NCBI GenBank assembly: GCA_046727155.1
Contig: JBKPCB010000070.1
Location: 40-64,039 of the forward strand
Reading direction: 5' to 3'
DNA from: Candidatus Methylomirabilota bacterium
GTDB taxonomy: Bacteria; Methylomirabilota; Methylomirabilia; Rokubacteriales; CSP1-6
DNA length: 64,000 bases
Notes under the pieces: model-generated
The model's database searches: none
Seen by the model: only the letters and a program-made list of their open reading frames with translations
Told to the model about the DNA's origin: nothing
Shown here: positions 19,741-29,000 of the stretch, piece after piece
Position numbering within the stretch: position 1 is the stretch's first letter
How the letters are laid out: each line of letters starts with the position of its first letter
Position numbers and translations under genes: made by a program

Positions 19741-20861
19741 TGCCGGTCGGCCTGCTGCCCGCGCTCGGCGGGGGCATTCGCGCGATGGCCGAGACGGGCC
19801 AGCAGTCCCGCCTCCTCGACGGCTACTTTCGGCCGTATGTCCGCGCGTTCGGCGACCTCTTCTACTTCAGCTATCTCCCGGAGGCGATCGAAGAGTTCAC
19901 GTCGGACCCTGAGCTGCTCAAGCACGTTCATGTGCTCGCGCCGAAGCGACGCATGTGGCGAGGCCGCAGGGCCCAACAGATGACAGGAACCCATAAGGAG
20001 CAGTTCAATGGATGCGCGGCGCTTCGGGTCTTCCAGATCACCGGCGTGATTCCCGCGCTGAAGGCGAAGAGCCGTTTTGGCGTGCCCTACGTGACGACCT
20101 ACGGGTTCTCGTACGGCCAGCTCTCTCGATCCTGGACGAAGAGTCTGCTCAAGCGCGTCTTGGAGCGTCGGGGCCTCAAGAGCGCGGCCGCGGTCATCGC
20201 GACCACGGAGGAGCTGAAGGCACGCGCAGTCGCCATGGCGCCCAACGTCAGGGTCGAGCTGATACCCAATGGAGTGGATACAACCTGGTTTGCCCCGCGT
20301 CCTCGCGGGCCAGAACGCTCGCGGGGAAATAGGAAACGCATCCTCTACGTCGGAAGGCTCTCGCCTGAGAAGAACCTCGGCACGATCATCATGGGATCCA
20401 CGACGCTGATCGCTGCTGATGTGATGGTCGGAGCGGGACCCCTTCGCAATGATCTCGAGGCCCAAGCCAAGCGCCTTGGTGTGACCGTGGAATTTCCAGG
20501 CGTCGTGGACCAGCGGAAACTGCCTCAGTACTACGCAGAGGCTGATGTCTTTGTTCTGGCCTCGTTCACTGAGGGGCACCCAAAGGCGCTCCTCGAAGCC
20601 ATGAGCTGCGGGCTGCCTTGTGTCGTCTCGGACGTGCCTGGCAATCGATCGCTGGTTACCGACGGGGAGACGGGGCTGCTGTTTGATCCTCATAGCTCCG
20701 ACGCGCTAAGGTCCTGCCTTCAACGCGTATTCGCTGACGAGTCGTTCGCGGCCAAGCTAGGCAGGGCGGCCCGAGCGCTGGTCGAGTCGCGCTATGACCT
20801 CAACGCGCTCGTCGCCCGGGAGATCGATCTGGTCCGGTCGGTCGCCGCTGACCGGAGCTAG
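19740..20861 (+). CDS. Glycosyltransferase family 4
   Basis: IPNGVD, YVGRLSPEKN, AS.TEGHPKALLEAMSCG.P. Confidence 0.92.
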   Translation: MPVGLLPALGGGIRAMAETGQQSRLLDGYFRPYVRAFGDLFYFSYLPEAIEEFTSDPELLKHVHVLAPKRRMWRGRRAQQMTGTHKEQFNGCAALRVFQITGVIPALKAKSRFGVPYVTTYGFSYGQLSRSWTKSLLKRVLERRGLKSAAAVIATTEELKARAVAMAPNVRVELIPNGVDTTWFAPRPRGPERSRGNRKRILYVGRLSPEKNLGTIIMGSTTLIAADVMVGAGPLRNDLEAQAKRLGVTVEFPGVVDQRKLPQYYAEADVFVLASFTEGHPKALLEAMSCGLPCVVSDVPGNRSLVTDGETGLLFDPHSSDALRSCLQRVFADESFAAKLGRAARALVESRYDLNALVAREIDLVRSVAADRS

Positions 20862-20864
20862 CGC

Positions 20865-21662
20865 GTGCCGCTGGCTTACTACTCGCGGTCGGCCACCGAG
20901 GCCTTCTGGAGCGAGCACTGGGGCGGACAGTCGGTGGAGGAGCTGCTGCGTATCGCGCGCGCGTCACCGCTCACCCGCCTCATCGAAGCCCATCTGCCGC
21001 CCTCGGGCCTCCTGCTCGAGGCGGGCTGCGGCCTGGGCCAGTACGTCCTGTTCTTTCGGGAGCGGGGACGTCCGGCTGTGGGCGCCGACTGGAGCCTCGA
21101 GGCGGTGAGAGAAGGGGCACGAGCCGGTGCCCCGCTGGCCGTGATGGATTTGCGCACGCTGGCCGTCCGCTCCCGCTCCGTGGCCGCCTACCTCTCGTTG
21201 GGAGTCGTCGAGCACGATCCGGCCGGGCCCGACGGCATCGTCGCCGAGGCCGCCCGCGTCATTCCACCCGGAGGGGTCCTGTTGCTCTCCGTGCCCTATT
21301 GGAACGGCGTCCGCCTTCTACTCGCGCCCCTTCTGCGCCGCCAAGGCCGGCAGGCTCTCGAAGACGGCGGCCAGTTCTACCAATTCGCCTTCACGCGTCG
21401 TGAGGTGCGCGCGTTCCTGGAACCCCACGGATTCACCGTCCGGGGCTTCCATCCCTACGATCCGGGCCGCCTGGTGCGGAAAGCGCTTCGCGCCGCGCTC
21501 GGCCGGGGCCGCGAGGCCGAGGGTCGTGGCGGGAGCCCGACGGGTCGCGACGAGGACGCGGGACGTTCGGCGCTCAAACAATTCGCCCGCCGCTGCCTCT
21601 ACACGCCCCCGGCGCTCCGCCTGCTCGGGCACATGATCCTGGCGGTGGCCGTCAGGCGATGA
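20865..21662 (+). CDS. Class I SAM-dependent methyltransferase
   Basis: LLEAGCGLG, GADWS, SLGVVEH, PGG.L.LSVP. Confidence 0.85.
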   Translation: MPLAYYSRSATEAFWSEHWGGQSVEELLRIARASPLTRLIEAHLPPSGLLLEAGCGLGQYVLFFRERGRPAVGADWSLEAVREGARAGAPLAVMDLRTLAVRSRSVAAYLSLGVVEHDPAGPDGIVAEAARVIPPGGVLLLSVPYWNGVRLLLAPLLRRQGRQALEDGGQFYQFAFTRREVRAFLEPHGFTVRGFHPYDPGRLVRKALRAALGRGREAEGRGGSPTGRDEDAGRSALKQFARRCLYTPPALRLLGHMILAVAVRR

Positions 21663-22624
21663 AGCCGGCTGATATACTGCTGCCCGTGGCTGACCCGGAA
21701 TACCGCCTCGTCGACCTCGGCGACCGGCGCGTGCTGATCGTGGAGGGGCGCGAGCACCCGACGCACTACAGCGAGCGCGTGATCCGCATGCTGATCGAGC
21801 GCAAGGGCGTCGAGCGCGCGCCGCTCTATTTCCCGTTCAAGGAGACACGCGGGCGGCACTTCATGGGCCCGCTGTTCGCCTACCTGCGCCGCCGCGGACT
21901 CACGGGGCTGTCGGTGCTCGAGGTCGGCTGCTCCTTCGGTCACATCACCGAATATCTGGCCGAGCAGCCGGAGGTGGCCGAGCTCCATACCTTCGACACC
22001 GATCCGGCATTCGTGGCCATCACGCGCGCCAAGGTGGCCGAGCTCGGCCTCGCCAAGGTTCGCGACGTGGCGCAATTCACCAACGACGAGACGCGGCGGC
22101 TGCCGTACCCTGCCGCCCGCTTCGACCTCGTCCTGGCGGTGGGTGTCGTCGAGCACCTGCCGGTGCGCGACCGGCGCGCTCAGGTGGACGAGTACTACCG
22201 CATGCTGGCGCCGGGCGGGCATATCGCAGTGCTCGATACGCCCAACCGGTTCTTCCCGCTCGAGACCCATTCGGTCGGGCTGCCGTTCGTCCAGTGGCTG
22301 CCGCCGTGGTGCGCGTATCGCTACGCGCGGCTCGGACGCCCGCGCCGGTTCCGGAGCGTGAGCTACGAAGAATTTACCGCCGACGGCACCGGTTGGCACA
22401 ACGCGACACTGGGTGATTGCCTGCCGTCAACGGGCTGGGCGGGGATTGTGGACGTGACCGAGGAGGCGGGCTACGGCTGGCGCTTCTTCAGCGAGACGGC
22501 TCGTTCGCGGGCGCGGCGCGCCCTCCTGCCGCTCTTCACGGTTGCGTGCTCGGCGCTGCGCGCCGTGGGAAAACCACCATCCCTTTGTCTGCCCTACCTC
22601 AACCTGCTGTTCCGCAAGCTGTGA
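21659..22624 (+). CDS. Class I SAM-dependent methyltransferase
   Basis: VLEVGCSFG, LPY..ARFD, GVVEHL, LAPGG.I...DTPN. Confidence 0.87.
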   Translation: MKPADILLPVADPEYRLVDLGDRRVLIVEGREHPTHYSERVIRMLIERKGVERAPLYFPFKETRGRHFMGPLFAYLRRRGLTGLSVLEVGCSFGHITEYLAEQPEVAELHTFDTDPAFVAITRAKVAELGLAKVRDVAQFTNDETRRLPYPAARFDLVLAVGVVEHLPVRDRRAQVDEYYRMLAPGGHIAVLDTPNRFFPLETHSVGLPFVQWLPPWCAYRYARLGRPRRFRSVSYEEFTADGTGWHNATLGDCLPSTGWAGIVDVTEEAGYGWRFFSETARSRARRALLPLFTVACSALRAVGKPPSLCLPYLNLLFRKL

Positions 22625-23490
22625 TCCGCATCGAGATCGGAGAGCGGCGCTTCCTTTTCTACCTGCTGCTATCTCATCCCCTCAAGATGGCTTGCCTCTC
22701 GCCGGCCTCGCGGCAAAAGCTCGACCGCATCAACCGCGAGGTCAACGAGGCCATCTACTCGGGGCCGAGAGCCGCCGCCTACGACGAAATCCACCGCTAC
22801 GCCGAGGAGGAGCAACACGAGTACCCGGCCGGGCAGCTGATCGAGCGCGTCTGGGCCCCGGACGGCTACGGTCGGGCGCTCGAGCTCGGCGCCGGCAGCG
22901 GATTCTTCACCGCCCTGATCGCGCGGCGGGCAACGTCGGTGGTCGCCGTGGAGCCAGTGCCCGACATGCGGCGCGTCCTGAGCGAGCGCTGCCGCGCCGA
23001 GGGTTTGGACAATGTGCGCATCGTCGGCGCCTCGGCCTTCGACCTGGCGTCGCATGTGGCCGAGGGCTCAATGGATTCGGGGTTGGTCATTCAGAGCCTC
23101 CACCACTTCCACCGCCGGGAGGAGGTGTTCGAAGCCTTGGGGCGCGCGGTGAGGCCCGGTGGGCGGCTGTTTCTGCTGGAGCCGCACCACAACCTGCGAC
23201 GGGTCGCGCGTCTCGCGAAGAAATATCTGCGGACCTACCGGGCGCCGGAATTCTGGAAGAGCGAGCGCAACTGGGCCACCCACGATTTTTTGACGCGAGG
23301 TGAGCTCCGCGCGCTCTGCCGGCACGGCGGCTTCGAGGAGCCGCGCATCAGGGGCTATTGGATCCCGTACTCGCGCCGGCTCGTGCCCGACGCGGGCCGG
23401 CGCTTCGCGATCGAGAGCCGGCTGGGACGGGTGCCGGGGCTCCGTCACTTCGCCGCAGTCCTGGCCGTGGAAGCACGGCGCGGGAGATAG
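22621..23490 (+). CDS. Class I SAM-dependent methyltransferase (start 22621 GTG or 22687 ATG)
   Basis: ALELGAGSG, AVEP, QSLHHF, RPGG.LFLLEP. Confidence 0.85.
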   Translation: MIRIEIGERRFLFYLLLSHPLKMACLSPASRQKLDRINREVNEAIYSGPRAAAYDEIHRYAEEEQHEYPAGQLIERVWAPDGYGRALELGAGSGFFTALIARRATSVVAVEPVPDMRRVLSERCRAEGLDNVRIVGASAFDLASHVAEGSMDSGLVIQSLHHFHRREEVFEALGRAVRPGGRLFLLEPHHNLRRVARLAKKYLRTYRAPEFWKSERNWATHDFLTRGELRALCRHGGFEEPRIRGYWIPYSRRLVPDAGRRFAIESRLGRVPGLRHFAAVLAVEARRGR

Positions 23491-23498
23491 AGCGCGCG

Positions 23499-24293
23499 GT
23501 GACCGCACCCGCTGTGTCGGTGCTCATGGGCGTTCATAACGGCGCGCCCTGGGTCGGTGAGGCCATAGTCAGCGTGCTGCACCAAACGGCGCCCGACCTG
23601 GAGCTGATCGTGATCGACGACGGTTCCACCGACGCGACGGGGAGCATTCTCGCAGCGGTCGGAGACCGCCGCGTGAGGATCGAGCGCCGGCCGCATCAGG
23701 GACTCACGGACGCGCTCATCCACGGCTTCGGCCTCGCGCGGGCGCCACTCGTGGCGCGGCTCGACGCCGACGACCTGGCGGAGCCCGAGCGCCTGGCGCG
23801 CCAGCGGGCGTTCCTGGATTCCCACCCGGACGTGGGGTTGCTGGGCGCGGGCGCACGCGAGGTGGACTCAGCGGGACGGGATGTGGCGCTCATCCAGCCC
23901 CCCGAAGACGATGCCGCCATCCGGCGCGCGCTCATCCGGCGGAATCCCTTCGTTCACTCCTCGGTTGTCATGCGGCGCGAGGTGGCCGAGCGGGCGGGCG
24001 GCTACGACCGGAGCTTCGCGGTGGCCCAGGATTATGACCTCTGGATGCGGATGAGCCGATGGACTCGGATGGCCAATCTGGGCGAGCCGCTGGTCATCAG
24101 GCGACTATTGCCGGGGCGCGTGACGGCGGCGCGGGACGGCGCACGGCTCCGCGCCGAGGCCCGCATCCGCTGGCGCGCGGTGCGCGACGGAACCTACCCT
24201 CTCTGGTGCGCCGTCTTCGCGCTGCGCGCCGCGCTGGCGCTGGCGGTGCCGGCCTCCGTGCGCCGGGCGCGCAGGCGGAGCCTGGAGCGCTGA
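23499..24293 (+). CDS. Glycosyltransferase family 2
   Basis: VSVLM.VHN, IDDGSTD, RLDADD, HSSV, AQDYDLW. Confidence 0.92.
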   Translation: MTAPAVSVLMGVHNGAPWVGEAIVSVLHQTAPDLELIVIDDGSTDATGSILAAVGDRRVRIERRPHQGLTDALIHGFGLARAPLVARLDADDLAEPERLARQRAFLDSHPDVGLLGAGAREVDSAGRDVALIQPPEDDAAIRRALIRRNPFVHSSVVMRREVAERAGGYDRSFAVAQDYDLWMRMSRWTRMANLGEPLVIRRLLPGRVTAARDGARLRAEARIRWRAVRDGTYPLWCAVFALRAALALAVPASVRRARRRSLER

Positions 24294-24294
24294 G

Positions 24295-25419
24295 ATGCCG
24301 GACAGCATCCGCGTCCTGGAACTGGTGGTATCCACTCAACTCGGCGGGGGACCCGCTCATGTTCGTGACCTGATCACCGGACTCCCACGCGAGGAATTCA
24401 AGATCTCGGTGGCTGGCCCGGCTGGCGGCCCGCTCGCGGAAGTGTATCGTGGGCTCGGCGCCGACTTTGTCGACCTTCCGCTCGATCGACTCTCCTTGCT
24501 CAACTTCCGGCGTGTGTACCGGTTGATCCGCAATCGCAACATTCACGTGGTCCATAGCCATGGAAAGGGGGCCGGCCTCTACGGTCGGGTGGGGGCGTGG
24601 TTCGCTCGAGTGCCGGCCGTGCACACGTTCCACGGCATCCACTACGCTGATTACGCGCCCGTCCCAGGCTGGGCCTACTTGAGCTTGGAACGGAGACTGG
24701 CGAGCACATCAGAAACCCTCATCCATGTATCTTCGGGCCAGGCGCAGGAGGCAAAACGACTCAAGTTGGCGCCGACGGATCGCACTCAAATCATCGTCAA
24801 TGCCACGGACTATGTCAGAGTTCGAGCTCTGGCCGAGAAGCAGCCGCTGTCCCGGGAGGCGCTGAAGCTCCCGCCTGAGGGGCCAGTGCTCGGCACCGTG
24901 GCCCGCTTTGATCCAGTCAAAGCGCTCGACGTCCTGGTCGAATCCTTCGCCCTCCTCGCCCCACGGTGGCCTGAAGCCCGGCTCCTCATCGTGGGTGATG
25001 GGCCCGAGCGCGGCCGACTCGAGTCGCTCGCGCGGGCACGCGGTGTTCAGGACCGCGTGGTATTCGCCGGCTTCCTCCCCGATGCGCCTCGTTGCCTGCC
25101 GGTAATGGACCTTTATGTTTCGGCCTCTCGGCGCGAGGGGCTCCCGCTGAGTCTGCTGGAGGCTATGTCCTGCGGCCTGCCTGTTTTGGCCACCCGCGTC
25201 TCGGGGAATGAGGAGGTGGTCGTGCACGACCACACGGGACTTCTGGTGCCCCCAGACGACCCGGCCGCCCTTGCCGATGCGGCCGCGGCGCTGTTGGGCG
25301 ACCCTGAGCGCCGCCGGCGAATGGGCGAGGCGGGGCGGGAGCGTGTGGAGCGAGAGTTCTCCGTGAGCCGCATGGTGGCGGCGACCGCCGCCGTCTACCG
25401 GGCCGCGGCGCGGTTTTAG
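24295..25419 (+). CDS. Glycosyltransferase family 4
   Basis: GGGPAH, HTFHG, VARFDPVK, S.REGLPLSLLEAM.CG.PV. Confidence 0.92.
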   Translation: MPDSIRVLELVVSTQLGGGPAHVRDLITGLPREEFKISVAGPAGGPLAEVYRGLGADFVDLPLDRLSLLNFRRVYRLIRNRNIHVVHSHGKGAGLYGRVGAWFARVPAVHTFHGIHYADYAPVPGWAYLSLERRLASTSETLIHVSSGQAQEAKRLKLAPTDRTQIIVNATDYVRVRALAEKQPLSREALKLPPEGPVLGTVARFDPVKALDVLVESFALLAPRWPEARLLIVGDGPERGRLESLARARGVQDRVVFAGFLPDAPRCLPVMDLYVSASRREGLPLSLLEAMSCGLPVLATRVSGNEEVVVHDHTGLLVPPDDPAALADAAAALLGDPERRRRMGEAGRERVEREFSVSRMVAATAAVYRAAARF

Positions 25420-25445
25420 TGTCGGCCGGCCGCATCCCTCTGGCG

Positions 25446-25451
25446 TATAAT
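25446..25451 (+). promoter_or_regulatory. Probable sigma70 -10 element for the distal part of the glycan locus
   Basis: Perfect TATAAT in the 76-bp gap, which is rare in this GC-rich DNA; no clear -35 element. Confidence 0.5.
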
Positions 25452-25495
25452 GCTTTTTGCTGCGCGGAGGGATTACTGACCGTGGAGACCGACGC

Positions 25496-26464
25496 ATGCG
25501 CGTGCTGATCACCGGCATCACCGGGTTCGTGGGCAGCTACATGGCGGAGTACGCCCTGGCCCGGGGCGCCGAGGTGTTCGGGTCGAGCCGGTGGCGGAGC
25601 AAGACCGAGAACATCGAGCATCTCCGCTCCAAGATCACGCTGATCGAGTCCGACCTGCGCGACCTCTCCTCGGTGCGCAACCTGCTCGAGAGCTCGAGCC
25701 CCGACTACGTGGTCCATCTGGCGGCGCAGAGCTTCGTCGGCGCGTCCTGGCAGACGCCGGCCGAGACCCTCTCCACCAACATCATCTCCCAGGTCAATGT
25801 GTTGGAGGCCGTGCGAGGGCTCAAGATGTCGCCGCGCTTCCTCGCCGTAGGCAGCAGTGAGGAGTACGGCCTCGTATTCGAGGACGAGCTCCCCATTCGG
25901 GAGACGAATCCCCTGCGACCGCTGAGCCCCTACGCGGTGAGCAAAGTCGCCCAGGACATGATGGGCTATCAGTATTTCCGGAGTTACGGGCTGCCCATCA
26001 TTCGCACGCGCGCGTTCAACCATGAGGGCCCGCGGCGCGGCGAGGTGTTCGTCACCTCCAACTTCGCCAAGCAGGTGGCCGAGATCGAGGCCGGACTGCG
26101 CGATCCCGTGCTGTTCGTGGGTGATCTCAAGCCGCGCCGCGACTACTCCGACGTCCGCGACGTTGTCCGCGGCTACTGGCTGCTCCTCGAGCGCGGCGAG
26201 CCGGGCGAGGTGTACAACCTCTGCTCGGGCCGCTCCTGGGCCATCCAGCAGGTGCTCGACTTCCTCCTCGAACAGTCGACGGTCAAGGGCATCGGCGTGA
26301 AGACCGATCCGACGCGCCTGCGACCCTCCGACGTCATGTGGCTCGAGGGCGACGCCTCCAAAATCGAAAAGGCGGTGGGCTGGAAGGTGGAGATCCCCTT
26401 CGAGCGCACCTTGAGGGACCTCCTGGGCTACTGGCGCCAGCGGACCTGGTCCTCCTCGCGCTGA
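25496..26464 (+). CDS. GDP-mannose 4,6-dehydratase / Rmd-like GDP-sugar SDR
   Basis: ITGITGFVG, HLAAQSFV, GSSEEYG, SPYAVSK, RAFNHEGPRR; GGAG upstream of the ATG. Confidence 0.88.
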   Translation: MRVLITGITGFVGSYMAEYALARGAEVFGSSRWRSKTENIEHLRSKITLIESDLRDLSSVRNLLESSSPDYVVHLAAQSFVGASWQTPAETLSTNIISQVNVLEAVRGLKMSPRFLAVGSSEEYGLVFEDELPIRETNPLRPLSPYAVSKVAQDMMGYQYFRSYGLPIIRTRAFNHEGPRRGEVFVTSNFAKQVAEIEAGLRDPVLFVGDLKPRRDYSDVRDVVRGYWLLLERGEPGEVYNLCSGRSWAIQQVLDFLLEQSTVKGIGVKTDPTRLRPSDVMWLEGDASKIEKAVGWKVEIPFERTLRDLLGYWRQRTWSSSR

Positions 26465-26486
26465 CCGCGCGCCGCCCGCACCCGCC

Positions 26487-27605
26487 ATGAGAGTGGCGCT
26501 GGTCCACGACTGGCTCACCGGGATGCGCGGAGGCGAGCGGTGCCTCGAAGTCTTCTGCGAGCTCTTTCCCGACGCTGACCTCTATACACTCCTCCACGTT
26601 CCGGGGACGGTATCTGCCCTGATCGAGCGGCGGCGGGTGATCACATCGTTCATCCAGCGACTCCCGGGCGCGGCGGCCCGCTACCGCTACTATCTGCCGC
26701 TCTTCCCCGCGGCGGTTCGATCATTTGATCTCAGCGGCTATGATCTGGTGCTCTCGTCGAGCCACGCCGTGGCCAAGGGCGTCCGCGCGCCGGCCGGCGC
26801 CCTTCACGTCTGCTATTGCTTCACGCCCATGCGCTACGTCTGGGATCTCTACGGCGAGTACTTCGGTGCCCGCGCGGGCCTGCCGACACGCGCCCTGATG
26901 CCCCCTGTGGCCGCCGCGCTGAGACGCTGGGACCGTCGGACGGCCGAAGGCGTCCACCATTTCGTCGCGATCTCGCGTTTCGTGGCCGAGCGCATCCGGC
27001 GCGCCTACGGCCGCGAGGCCGACGTCATCTATCCGCCCGTGGACGTCTCGCGCTTCCGCTTCGAGGAAACCCAGGAGGGCTTCTACCTCGTGGTGTCGGC
27101 GCTCACCCCGTACAAGCGGGTGGATCTGGCGATCGAGGCGGCCAACCGGCTCCGGGCGCGGCTCGTTGTGGTCGGCAGTGGTCCAGAGGAGAAACGGCTG
27201 AGGCAGCAGGCGGGACCCACGGTGCAGCTCCTCGGCTGGCGGAGTGACACGGAGACGGCGGAGCTCTACGCGCGCTGCCGGGCCCTACTGTTCCCCACGC
27301 TCGAGGATTTCGGGATCACCCCGCTCGAAGCCATGGCGTCGGGCCGGCCGGTGATCGCCCTGGGGCAGGGTGGCGCGCTCGAGACTGTGGTGCCGCCGGG
27401 GGCGGCCGAGCCGCCGACGGGCCTCTTCTTCGAGCGGCAGACGGCCGATGATCTCATCGGCGCGATCCGCCGCTTCGAGTCCGACGCGGTCCATTTCGAG
27501 CCCAAAGCGCTTCGACGCCGGGCCGAGGCCTTCGACCGGCCGTTGTTCAAAGAGCGCATCCAGGGTTACCTGCGCGCACGGCTGGCGGAGCATGCGGGAT
27601 GCTGA
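26487..27605 (+). CDS. Glycosyltransferase family 4 (mannosyl/rhamnosyltransferase-like)
   Basis: ALVHDWLTGMRGGER, CFTPMRY, YPPVD, YKRVD, EDFGITPLEAMASG.PV. Confidence 0.93.
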   Translation: MRVALVHDWLTGMRGGERCLEVFCELFPDADLYTLLHVPGTVSALIERRRVITSFIQRLPGAAARYRYYLPLFPAAVRSFDLSGYDLVLSSSHAVAKGVRAPAGALHVCYCFTPMRYVWDLYGEYFGARAGLPTRALMPPVAAALRRWDRRTAEGVHHFVAISRFVAERIRRAYGREADVIYPPVDVSRFRFEETQEGFYLVVSALTPYKRVDLAIEAANRLRARLVVVGSGPEEKRLRQQAGPTVQLLGWRSDTETAELYARCRALLFPTLEDFGITPLEAMASGRPVIALGQGGALETVVPPGAAEPPTGLFFERQTADDLIGAIRRFESDAVHFEPKALRRRAEAFDRPLFKERIQGYLRARLAEHAGC

Positions 27606-28999
27606 AGGCGTACTCGCGCCTGCTCGAGCAGCTCATGCTGGTGGGTGACCTCGTCCTGGTGGCCAGCGCCTGGCTGCTCGCCTACGTGCTCCGCTTCTAC
27701 GTTCTGGCGATTCCACGGCTCCGGTTCGCAGAGATCCCGCCGGTGGGTCCCTACCTGCTGCTGCTGGTGCCCATCCTCGTCGTGTGGGGGGCTTCTTTCC
27801 GCGCCTTCGATCTCTATCGCCCGCGGCGCATCGGCTCGCACCTCTCGGAGGCCGCCGACATCGCCAAGGCGTCCAGCATGGGCGCGCTGGTCCTGGTGGC
27901 AGTGATGACGTTCTTCTTCCGCGAGTACGACTACTCGCGCGTCGTGATCGTCTACTTCTGGGTGCTGTCGATCGGCCTGGTCTGGTTTTCCCGCGCTGCG
28001 TTCCGGGAAGTGCTGCGCTTTGCTCGCCGCCATGGCTACAACCTGCGCTACGCGGTGGTCGTGGGCAGCGGCGAGCTGGCGACGGCGGTGGCCCAGCGGA
28101 TCGAGCGGCGCCCGGACGTCGGCATCCAGATTCTCGGCGTGGTGAGCGACGAGAAGGAGGCGACCGGCGGAGCCCGCCGGCTCGGCGGCTACGCCGATCT
28201 GCGGGCCGTGCTCGACTCGAATGCGGTGGATCACGTGATCCTCACGCTCGCCCACGAGGACTACGGCCGGCTGCCCGGGCTGCTGGAGGCCATCGGCGAC
28301 GAGCCGGTGACCATCCATGTGGTCCCGGACCTCTTCCGCTTCACGTCGCTGCGGGGCGGCGTGGAGGAGTTCGAGGGGATGCCGTTCGTCCATCTGCGCG
28401 ACTCGCCGCTGCACGGCTGGAACCAGCTGGCGAAGCGCGTCTTCGACGTCGCCTTCTCGCTCGGCGGCCTGCTGCTGCTCTCGCCAGCGTTGCTCGCGCT
28501 CGCCGCGGCGGTCAAGCTCACGTCGCCGGGACCAGTGCTTTTCGGCCAGGAGCGGATGGGGCTCGACGGACAGCGCTTCCGAATGCTCAAGTTCCGCACC
28601 ATGCGGGTGGACGCCGAGGCCGCCACCGGGCCCGTCTGGGCGCCGCCCAACGATCCACGGCGCACGCCTATCGGCGCCTTCCTGCGCCGTTTCAGCCTCG
28701 ACGAGCTGCCGCAATTCATCAATGTGCTGCGGGGGGAGATGAGCGTGGTGGGCCCCCGGCCCGAGCGTCCGGTGTTCGTGGAGCGCTTCAGGCAGACCGT
28801 GCCGGGCTATATGCTCCGCCACAAGGTCAAGTCTGGCGTGACGGGGTGGGCCCAGGTCCACGGGCTACGCGGCAATACCTCGCTGGAGAAGCGCATCGAG
28901 TACGATCTGGAGTACATCGAGCGCTGGTCGTTCTGGCTCGATCTCAAGATTATCGGCCTCACCGTCACGCGGGTGCTCTTCGACCGGAACGCCTATTGA
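27599..28999 (+). CDS. wcaJ: Undecaprenyl-phosphate hexose-1-phosphate transferase (WcaJ/WbaP family)
   Basis: N-terminal TM segments; KRVFD, KFRTM, SLDELPQFINVLRGEMSVVGPRPER, KSGVTGWAQV, DLEYI. Confidence 0.92.
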   Translation: MLKAYSRLLEQLMLVGDLVLVASAWLLAYVLRFYVLAIPRLRFAEIPPVGPYLLLLVPILVVWGASFRAFDLYRPRRIGSHLSEAADIAKASSMGALVLVAVMTFFFREYDYSRVVIVYFWVLSIGLVWFSRAAFREVLRFARRHGYNLRYAVVVGSGELATAVAQRIERRPDVGIQILGVVSDEKEATGGARRLGGYADLRAVLDSNAVDHVILTLAHEDYGRLPGLLEAIGDEPVTIHVVPDLFRFTSLRGGVEEFEGMPFVHLRDSPLHGWNQLAKRVFDVAFSLGGLLLLSPALLALAAAVKLTSPGPVLFGQERMGLDGQRFRMLKFRTMRVDAEAATGPVWAPPNDPRRTPIGAFLRRFSLDELPQFINVLRGEMSVVGPRPERPVFVERFRQTVPGYMLRHKVKSGVTGWAQVHGLRGNTSLEKRIEYDLEYIERWSFWLDLKIIGLTVTRVLFDRNAY

Positions 29000-29000
29000 C

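Noticed and set aside
303-25521. Many long minus-strand ORFs opposite the glycan genes
   Set aside because: They are antisense shadows with no motifs; the plus-strand genes have clear family signatures and coupled overlaps.
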